Shown in pieces: positions 1 through 6,257 of a DNA stretch of 64,000 nt. Origin of the DNA: a virus; the IMG/VR virus record IMGVR_UViG_3300033149_002985, positions 1-64,000 of that record. One strand, 5' to 3'. Numbering within the stretch: position 1 is the first letter of the stretch; the number at the start of each line of letters is the position of its first letter. A model generated the notes under the pieces. The model had not been told where the DNA came from. It did not search any database and saw only the letters and a list, made by a program, of their open reading frames with translations. The position numbers and the translations under genes are program-made.

Positions 1-19
1 TTAATCTAATCATAGTTTT

Positions 20-175
20 TTATCCCTCTTCTGCATATCCTAACTGTAAAAGCGTATCATATACTTGTTTGCTTATCGGCATAATTGACACTTTACCTGA
101 TTTATAGTGAATTATCATACTCCATGTATCGAATGCTAGTTTATGCCCTGACCCCTTATAGATAATTTTATCCAT
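20..175 (-). CDS. small hypothetical protein (51 aa, MDKIIYKGSGHK...)
   Basis: Hand-translated ORF below the ORF-track cutoff; AAGGGGG purine tract upstream of the ATG. Confidence 0.55.
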   Translation of the reverse strand: MDKIIYKGSGHKLAFDTWSMIIHYKSGKVSIMPISKQVYDTLLQLGYAEEG

Positions 176-280
176 GACTTGTCCCCCTTTTGTAATTCTT
201 CTAACAATGCAATAATAGTATAGATTGACTTTGCCCGTTTTAATGCTTTTTCTAATTGTTTGCGATTTTTAGTCATAATA

Positions 281-427
281 TTATATTCTATTGCTTAGTT
301 CGTTTAATTGTTCAAGTATACGGATAATAGTATCGTTATTATATCCTGCGTCCTGCAAGTCGATCATCTTATCAATAGCGATCTCGACTTTTTTAATTGC
401 TTTTTCTTGTGTGATTGTCTTTTTCAT
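281..427 (-). CDS. small hypothetical protein (48 aa, MKKTITQEKAIKKV...)
   Basis: Hand-translated ORF downstream of a leftward promoter-like sequence at 467-494. Confidence 0.55.
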   Translation of the reverse strand: MKKTITQEKAIKKVEIAIDKMIDLQDAGYNNDTIIRILEQLNELSNRI

Positions 428-466
428 TGTCTTATTGCCTTCGTATTATTGTTATTATCTAATTAA

Positions 467-494
467 AGTATGCAATACATAAAGGAATTGTCAA
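467..494 (-). promoter_or_regulatory. sigma70-like promoter (TTGACA-N16-CATACT)
   Basis: Perfect -35 and near-consensus -10, facing the leftward small ORFs. Confidence 0.5.
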
Positions 495-521
495 GGGCAC
501 AAGATAAAATAAATTAAATCA

Positions 522-1374
522 TAACTTGTTTATTTTCAATAACTTATAAATAATTTAACTATTAAATTAAATAAAATAACACAATAATTCTCTTATCCAT
601 AACATACTGATACACAATAACTTATGAATCAATAAATAATCGGATAATCCCCGAAAATAAAAGAATAACCATTAATTAAATAATTCAGGTAGTAAAAGAG
701 ATAAAAAGTAAAGATTATTCTAATAAATACATCCAATAAGACAATAAATATAATTTAATTCATAAGTCTATTGATTGTAATAGGTTAAATAAAATACTTA
801 ATTAAATAAGCTTTAAATGGTTGTAACAAGTTCGAAAAAGACAAAGAAATTCGGCACGATTTTTTTTTATAATCCTAATATCCGCACAGCGCAAGGAATG
901 ACTGATAGTGTCATCCTATCAGACAGTTAATATGTCATAAGTCCTTTGATAGCAACAAACACCCCATAGGGTCTAATTTAGCAGATCACTGAAAAGGGGC
1001 TATATCACCCCCTACTGTTACCTTATTTCGCACCTGAAGTGCTCATTTAGGGGCTTATCCCCCCTTCGAAACGGCTTATCTCAAGCCTTTTTTACGGAAA
1101 ATGAACCCAAATAAATAAAAACGAGCATATATATTGATTGAACACCAATAATGGCAAATAAGCCCTATTGGGTCATTTCTAGGGGGTTTTAAATAAGGTT
1201 TACCATTCCTTTTTACTAGTTATTTAATAGGATCTTTTTTAAGGTATTTATCTCTTGTTTTATTTTCTTTGTAAACAATAATGGTAATTTATTTGTCGAT
1301 AAAAGTATGTATTGTTCTCGACATCGGGTTCGGTAAGGTAATATTTAGCTAATGTATTGTAGCACAAGGAGTTA
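522..1374. repeat. cluster of 25-bp quasi-palindromic IHF-like sites (TAASt-N2-TT-N7-AA-N2-aSTTA)
   Basis: Copies at 522-546, 600-624, 763-787, 938-962 and 1350-1374; WATCAR-N4-TTR match at 917-929. Confidence 0.55.
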
Positions 1375-1502
1375 TATAAAGACAACGTTTTCTCAAGGTT
1401 CAATAATGATTTGCAGGGAATTTAATTTAAAATTCATGCACTTTTTAGCCTTTTGGCAATTGGTTAACCTAAGTTAACTTAATATTAAAGGTTAACACGA
1501 CT

Positions 1503-1586
1503 GCTGAGACTTTACTCAGCCTCGCTTTAGCGAAAACGCCAAAAGAGATGACGTTACGGAAGAACGTGGCGTAAGGGCTTCGCCCC
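1503..1586. other. GC-rich multi-hairpin cluster
   Basis: GCTGAG/CTCAGC, TCGC/GCGA, ACGCCA/TGGCGT enclosing ACGTT/AACGT, and GGGC-TTC-GCCC; preceded by three GTTAAC palindromes (about 1462-1497). Confidence 0.6.
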
Positions 1587-1588
1587 AC

Positions 1589-1618
1589 TTGACATGGAGG
1601 GGTAAGATATGCTATACT
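1589..1618 (+). promoter_or_regulatory. sigma70 promoter TTGACA-N18-TATACT with extended -10 TG
   Basis: TTGACA 1589-1594, TATACT 1613-1618. Confidence 0.85.
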
Positions 1619-1624
1619 TATAAT

Positions 1625-2002
1625 ATGAAAAGAAATATTCAATTAGAAAAATATATAAAACGACATACAGGGCACAATGTTAAAGTTTTTACTGTAAAAT
1701 GGCTCAAAGGTGGTTATGGAGCTAAAATGAATACTGTAACTGGATTAAAAATTTGCGAAGAAGTTTCAACTTACAAACCTTTAATATGGCATGAAATGGG
1801 ACATTTAATAGACGAAGATATGAATTGGGTTAAAAACGAAATTAAAGCTCAGACCTGGGCATTAAAAAGACTTAAAAAATTAGGTTATAATAAAATTTAT
1901 GAAGAGTCCCTTGATTGGATAAAATCTTGGCAAAATATAAAAAATGCAAGTACTCAATACTATAAAGAGGCAAGTGAAATAATATTAAACGAAATCCGAT
2001 AA
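1625..2002 (+). CDS. HExxH zinc-metallopeptidase-like protein (ImmA/IrrE-like)
   Basis: WHEMGH followed by a downstream E (NEIKA); ATG at 1625 preferred over TTG 1589, which lies inside the promoter. Confidence 0.65.
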   Translation: MKRNIQLEKYIKRHTGHNVKVFTVKWLKGGYGAKMNTVTGLKICEEVSTYKPLIWHEMGHLIDEDMNWVKNEIKAQTWALKRLKKLGYNKIYEESLDWIKSWQNIKNASTQYYKEASEIILNEIR

Positions 2003-2035
2003 CTTGCCATCACGTAGGGTACGTACCTACTTTAT

Positions 2036-2773
2036 ATGGAAAGAAGAATTGTGAAATTAATTTTAGGTGATTGTTTAGAAAAAATGAAAGATATACCTGA
2101 TGGTTCCGTTGATATGATTTTAACTGATCCTCCTTATGGTAAAACTGCTTGTAAATGGGATTCTATTATTCCTTTAGAACCTATGTGGGAACAATTAAAT
2201 CGAATCATCAAATCTAATGGGGCGATTGTGTTAACTTCAAGACAACCTTTTACATCCAAGTTGATAATATCAAATTTGAAAATGTTCAGACAAACTTGGG
2301 TATGGGACAAAATAATTGCAACTAATTTTATGAATGCAAAGAAAATGCATACTCAAGGTTTTGAGGATATTTGTATATTTTATAAAAAATTACCAACATA
2401 TAATCCGCAAATGGAAAAAGGTAAACCGTTTAAAGATAATAGAAAGACGAACTATAGGACAAATACAGAGGCTTTGGGGAGCAGGGTCAAGTATAATAAA
2501 CAAAATAATAATGGTGAAAGATATCCTAGAGGATTATTAAAAATAAGCGGAAGAAATAACAAACCTATTCACCCAACTCAAAAACCGGTAGCTTTAATGG
2601 AATACTTAATCAAAACTTATACTAATGAAAATGAAACTGTTTTAGACTTTACTATGGGTAGCGGCACTACTGGCGTTGCTTGTAAAAATTTGAATAGAAA
2701 AATTATTGGAATAGAATTAGATGAAAATTATTTTAATATTGCCAAAGAAAGAATAGAAAACTTTAACCCTTGA
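2036..2773 (+). CDS. DNA N6-adenine/N4-cytosine methyltransferase (beta class)
   Basis: GDCLE, DPPY, HPTQKP, VLDFTMGSGTT motifs. Confidence 0.92.
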   Translation: MERRIVKLILGDCLEKMKDIPDGSVDMILTDPPYGKTACKWDSIIPLEPMWEQLNRIIKSNGAIVLTSRQPFTSKLIISNLKMFRQTWVWDKIIATNFMNAKKMHTQGFEDICIFYKKLPTYNPQMEKGKPFKDNRKTNYRTNTEALGSRVKYNKQNNNGERYPRGLLKISGRNNKPIHPTQKPVALMEYLIKTYTNENETVLDFTMGSGTTGVACKNLNRKIIGIELDENYFNIAKERIENFNP

Positions 2774-2799
2774 CACCAAGGGGTGTAATATGGTATACT
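2770..2799 (+). promoter_or_regulatory. sigma70 promoter TTGACA-N18-TATACT
   Basis: TTGACA 2770-2775, TG-G-TATACT 2794-2799. Confidence 0.85.
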
Positions 2800-2805
2800 T
2801 GTAAT

Positions 2806-3070
2806 AGATAAAAGATACCTTCTGATCGAAATGTGGAGAATGTTATTCTTCTGGTGCTGTTATATCCATACAAAGGATATAAGAAGTTGGGAGGGTTTGG
2901 CTACCAAAAACATTCTAACACCAGCACAAAATAGATCTAAATTTGCTCCTCATTTGATTCCTATCATGATAGGTTTGAATGAGGTTATATGTGCTACGCC
3001 AGTAGCCTGGCATAAGAGAGGTGGTGGCAAGATTCGCAAAGCGTTTCCCGAAATCACCCCTCAATCTATA
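2806..3070 (+). ncRNA. candidate structured ncRNA / long 5' leader
   Basis: Directly after a promoter, GC-richer than its flanks, at least six complementary stems plus a possible pseudoknot. Confidence 0.45.
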
Positions 3071-3080
3071 AGGAATTTTT

Positions 3081-3260
3081 ATGATTAAATTTTTAAGATA
3101 TTTATGTTTTATTTTTCATCTACCATTTTTAATTACAATTACTTATGAATTAGGAATGGAACCAATAGAAGGAACATTAAGAGTTTTTAGAAATAGAAAA
3201 GAATTAAAATTAGAGAAAGATTATATTTTATCTAACAATAAGGAAATACAATTACTGTGA
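3081..3260 (+). CDS. small hypothetical protein (59 aa)
   Basis: AAGGA RBS; stop overlaps the GTG of the next ORF. Confidence 0.5.
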   Translation: MIKFLRYLCFIFHLPFLITITYELGMEPIEGTLRVFRNRKELKLEKDYILSNNKEIQLL

Positions 3261-3499
3261 AAAATAAACGAGGTCGCAAAAAAGGAACTAAAAATATATC
3301 TTTAGGTGAACCTCATAATTTAAGCTTCTGGAAAATAACTTTAAAAAGACCAGAAGAAGTTCATGATTTTTTAACCAGAGGAGATTCAAGACAAAAAGAA
3401 GAGATCAAAAACATTTTATTATATTTAAAGAGAGCAGAAATAGATTTTTTTGATGATGTTAATGGCGAAGAAATATTAAGGAAATTAAATGAAAGATAA
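3257..3499 (+). CDS. hypothetical protein with basic N-terminus (KRGRKKG)
   Basis: ORF in a translationally coupled run. Confidence 0.55.
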   Translation: MKNKRGRKKGTKNISLGEPHNLSFWKITLKRPEEVHDFLTRGDSRQKEEIKNILLYLKRAEIDFFDDVNGEEILRKLNER

Positions 3500-3683
3500 T
3501 TATTCTTTAAAATGTCAAATTAAAAAAGGTTGGATGAATGCAGGTAAAGAAGGCCAATATTTTGGTGAATTTAAAATTAAAGGAAGAATTTGGGCGATTG
3601 TTTTATGGAATAACTCGGACGAACCAGATTTATATAAAATCGAATCTTTGGAGATAGAAAATGAAATCAGAACTACAAAATAA
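3489..3683 (+). CDS. hypothetical protein
   Basis: ORF overlapping both neighbours, AAGGA upstream. Confidence 0.6.
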   Translation: MKDNYSLKCQIKKGWMNAGKEGQYFGEFKIKGRIWAIVLWNNSDEPDLYKIESLEIENEIRTTK

Positions 3684-4065
3684 ATTATATCAAAAATATC
3701 CAAAAATTTTTAAACAAAAAGATTTGCCAATGAATCAGACTTGTATGTGTTGGGGTATTGATACTGGTGATGGTTGGTATTGGTTAATTGATAATCTTTG
3801 TTCTCAACTTCAATGGGATACTGATCATAATAATTATCCTCAAATCGAAACTGTACAAGTAAAAGAGAAATTTGGAACTCTAAGATTTTATGTTAATGGA
3901 TCAAATGAAAAACAAGAAGCTATAATTAGTTTTGCAGAATCATTAAGTGGTAAAATTTGTGAAACTTGTGGTAGTGTTGATGGAGTTAAACAAACAGAAG
4001 GTTGGATAAATACTCTTTGTAAAAAATGTTTAGACAAGAGTGGAAAGTTTGAAAGGTATCCCTAA
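3661..4065 (+). CDS. conserved phage hypothetical protein with C-terminal zinc finger
   Basis: GDGW, QVKEKFGTLRFY and CETCG..CKKC motifs typical of a widespread phage family. Confidence 0.75.
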   Translation: MKSELQNKLYQKYPKIFKQKDLPMNQTCMCWGIDTGDGWYWLIDNLCSQLQWDTDHNNYPQIETVQVKEKFGTLRFYVNGSNEKQEAIISFAESLSGKICETCGSVDGVKQTEGWINTLCKKCLDKSGKFERYP

Positions 4066-4099
4066 TGAAATATTATTTAGACACAGGAACTGATGTCCT

Positions 4100-4828
4100 A
4101 TGAAAACGTTTGTAATTGGCGATATACATGGAGCATATAAAGCATTGATACAATGTCTTAAACGATCTAAATTTGATTATGACAGAGATAGATTAATTTG
4201 TCTCGGAGATGTAGTAGACGGTTATCCAGAAACAAAAGAATGTATTAATGAACTCCTGAAAATTAAAAATCTTATCTATGTAATCGGAAATCATGATATG
4301 TGGGCATTAGACTGGATGGCTTCTGGTTATATTGATGCTCCTAATATTTGGGTTGGTCAAGGTGGAAGAGCAACAATGGATTCATACAGAACTAAGTGGG
4401 CTCATTTAGACGGTGTTGATGAATATTTTGTTCCAGAAGAACATATAAAACTTTTAAGAGATTCTTATGCTTATTACAAAGAGGATAATAATATTTTCGT
4501 CCATGGTGGATTTAATCCTGCAAAGCCAATAGAAAAACAAGATGTAAACGATTTAGTTTGGGATAGGGATTTATTTAAAAGTGCTCATGATAAACATTAT
4601 GGCGGAAGAAAAAATTTAAAATTTGGAAAGTATGATAATATTTTTATAGGACACACAACTACTGAAACTTATAATTCACTTGAACCTCTTCATTATTGTA
4701 ATGTTTATAATCTGGATACGGGAGCAGGATGGTCAGGAAAATTAACAATTATGAATGTCGATACGAAGCAATATTTTCAATCAGATCTCACCCCAAGTCT
4801 TTACCCCAAAATTCAGGGTAGAACTTAA
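4100..4828 (+). CDS. calcineurin-like metallophosphoesterase (lambda NinI/PrpA-type Ser/Thr phosphatase family)
   Basis: GDIHG, GDVVD, GNHD, HGG, GHT, LDTG. Confidence 0.9.
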   Translation: MKTFVIGDIHGAYKALIQCLKRSKFDYDRDRLICLGDVVDGYPETKECINELLKIKNLIYVIGNHDMWALDWMASGYIDAPNIWVGQGGRATMDSYRTKWAHLDGVDEYFVPEEHIKLLRDSYAYYKEDNNIFVHGGFNPAKPIEKQDVNDLVWDRDLFKSAHDKHYGGRKNLKFGKYDNIFIGHTTTETYNSLEPLHYCNVYNLDTGAGWSGKLTIMNVDTKQYFQSDLTPSLYPKIQGRT

Positions 4829-4858
4829 AGCGAGGGTTAACATCAGTTCCCTCGCCCA

Positions 4859-4933
4859 GAGGGAATAAGTTAACTGGCAAACTCGCTGTCTCCAAAACAG
4901 TAAATCTTAGTTCGAATCTAGGTTCCCTCGCCA
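4859..4933 (+). tRNA. trnW: tRNA-Trp(CCA)
   Basis: GAGGGAA/TTCCCTC acceptor, loop CTCCAAA, TTCGAAT T-loop, encoded CCA. Confidence 0.92.
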
Positions 4934-5009
4934 GGGTGGTTAGTTCTAATTGGTAAAACGCACGGCTGTAGACCGTCAGTTCTCTGTTCGAATCAGAGCC
5001 CACCCACCA
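4934..5009 (+). tRNA. trnY: tRNA-Tyr(GTA), short variable loop
   Basis: Loop CTGTAGA, CTCTG/CAGAG T-stem, ACCA end; mismatches at 7:66 and 27:43. Confidence 0.85.
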
Positions 5010-5084
5010 GGTGATTATAGTTTAACGGTAGAATATCTGATTGTGACTCAGATGGTTTCGGTTCAACTCCGAATAATCACACCA
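5010..5084 (+). tRNA. trnH: tRNA-His(GTG) with encoded G-1
   Basis: G + GTGATTA/TAATCAC acceptor, loop TTGTGAC, ACCA end. Confidence 0.9.
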
Positions 5085-5159
5085 CTCTCTATGGTGTAAT
5101 GAATAGCATATGAAGCTACGAACTTCATGGTAAAGGTTTGAATCCTTTTAGAGAGTCCA
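5085..5159 (+). tRNA. trnR: tRNA-Arg(ACG)
   Basis: CTCTCTA/TAGAGAG acceptor, loop CTACGAA, CCA end. Confidence 0.88.
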
Positions 5160-5235
5160 GGCGGATTAGCCCAACGGCAGAGGCAATAGTTTTAGAAACT
5201 ATTCAGTAAGTGTTCGAATCACTTATCCGCTACCA
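5160..5235 (+). tRNA. trnL: tRNA-Leu(TAG), short variable loop
   Basis: GGCGGAT/ATCCGCT acceptor, loop TTTAGAA, ACCA end. Confidence 0.88.
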
Positions 5236-5310
5236 GCTAGGATAACTCAGATGTAGAGTGCCTGTCTGAAGAACAGGAAGCCAGAGACTCAAACCCTCTT
5301 CCTAGCACCA
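5236..5310 (+). tRNA. trnF: tRNA-Phe(GAA), atypical T-loop
   Basis: GCTAGGA/TCCTAGC acceptor, loop CTGAAGA, T-loop CTCAAAC, ACCA end. Confidence 0.8.
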
Positions 5311-5388
5311 CAGAGCGTAGGCTAGTCTGGTCAAGTCACTCGGTTTGGAACCGAGAATTCGTTGGTTCGAATCCAACCGCTCTGACCA
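5311..5388 (+). tRNA. trnP: tRNA-Pro(TGG)
   Basis: CAGAGCG/CGCTCTG acceptor, loop TTTGGAA, ACCA end. Confidence 0.93.
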
Positions 5389-5463
5389 TGTTCGTTAGCT
5401 CAACGGCTAGAGCCCCGAACTGATAATTCGGTGATGATAGTTCGATTCTCGGTATCCCTACCA
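5389..5463 (+). pseudogene. chimeric tRNA-Ile(GAT) pseudogene
   Basis: D and anticodon arms intact (CCGAA-CTGATAA-TTCGG), but acceptor (TGTTCGT vs TATCCCT) and T-stem (GATAG vs CTCGG) do not pair. Confidence 0.8.
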
Positions 5464-5538
5464 AGTAGAGTAGTGTTAGCGGTAGCACGTCTGACTGTTA
5501 ATCAGAAAGGAATGGTTCGAATCCATTTTCTACTGCCA
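5464..5538 (+). tRNA. trnN: tRNA-Asn(GTT)
   Basis: AGTAGAG/TTCTACT acceptor, loop CTGTTAA, GCCA end. Confidence 0.92.
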
Positions 5539-5613
5539 AGAGGATTGGTGTAATCGATAGCACAACAGGCTTTGAACCTGTAGGTTTTGGTTTGACTCCA
5601 GAATCCTCTGCCA
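5539..5613 (+). tRNA. trnQ: tRNA-Gln(TTG)
   Basis: AGAGGAT/ATCCTCT acceptor, loop CTTTGAA, GCCA end. Confidence 0.9.
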
Positions 5614-5617
5614 GACC

Positions 5618-5647
5618 TTGACACCCCCAGGGGTGATGTGTTATACT
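5618..5647 (+). promoter_or_regulatory. sigma70 promoter TTGACA-N18-TATACT
   Basis: TTGACA 5618-5623, TATACT 5642-5647, starting 5 bp after the last tRNA. Confidence 0.85.
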
Positions 5648-5737
5648 TATAGTATAATGGTTAATTGAAAATAGTTTTTATTTTGTATTGGGAGGAGGGA
5701 TAAATAAATATCTTTCCTCCCTAAAATATTAATAATT

Positions 5738-5926
5738 ATGCCAATTTATCAATTTGAATGCCAAAATTGCGGATATCAGGATGAAGTTATGATTTCTGTT
5801 TCTAAAAGAAATGATAGTAGGATTTGTCCTAAATGTCAAAATGTTCTAACCCGTTTGATTGGAACGGTTTCTGGATTTATTCTACGTGGAAAGGGCTTTT
5901 ATTGCAACAATCATTTAGATAAATAA
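5738..5926 (+). CDS. FmdB-family zinc-ribbon protein
   Basis: MPIYQFECQNCG...CPKC...F.LRGKGFY pattern. Confidence 0.85.
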   Translation: MPIYQFECQNCGYQDEVMISVSKRNDSRICPKCQNVLTRLIGTVSGFILRGKGFYCNNHLDK

Positions 5927-6086
5927 TATACTTTTATTTTTAATAAATCCATTAAATAAACTCCAACTTCTTGTTGAAAATAAAGAACTTACAACAATCA
6001 ATTTTGGGAATTTAAATGTTTTTCATTTTTTAAGTTTTTGTAACTTTAACAGTATCAATAGTTTATATCTTAATTAATTTTATCCC

Positions 6087-6116
6087 TTGACACGCCCCCC
6101 TTTTATATGTTATACT
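6087..6116 (+). promoter_or_regulatory. sigma70 promoter TTGACA-N18-TATACT upstream of the morphogenesis operon
   Basis: TTGACA 6087-6092, TATACT 6111-6116; flanked by IHF-like sites at 6041-6065 and 6189-6213. Confidence 0.85.
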
Positions 6117-6219
6117 TATAATAGTATACTTTATAAAGGGGAATTGTAATCGAAAATTTAACTTTACATCAAAACTTTATTACTTACCTAACTTCTTTAA
6201 TATCAGAGATTTAACTTAG

Positions 6220-6245
6220 GAGCTGTTTTTACAGCTCTTTTTTTT
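6220..6245 (+). terminator. intrinsic terminator in the late-operon leader
   Basis: GAGCTGT-TTTT-ACAGCTC followed by T8. Confidence 0.7.
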
Positions 6246-6257
6246 GTGAGGATTATA

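Noticed and set aside
2822-2831. CTGATCGAAA as a hammerhead ribozyme core
   Set aside because: Does not fit CUGANGA with a stem II before GAAA
2831-3088. 85-aa ORF on the + strand
   Set aside because: No RBS, composition unlike neighbouring genes, and the region is better explained by RNA stems; not fully excluded
4788-5003. 71-aa ORF on the - strand
   Set aside because: Antisense shadow of tRNA-Trp/Tyr
5160-5235. tRNA with TAG as a possible amber suppressor or sign of recoding
   Set aside because: Anticodon UAG reads Leu CUA (a suppressor would have anticodon CUA); long genes are intact in the standard code and TAG/TGA serve as stops
4859-5613. ~75-bp periodicity resembling a CRISPR array
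   Set aside because: The units are tRNA cloverleaves; no identical repeats and no cas genes
5696-5702. AGGGATA complementary to the chimeric tRNA 3' strand (split/permuted tRNA idea)
   Set aside because: Only 7 nt, already paired in a local hairpin (5690-5721), and not followed by D or anticodon arms
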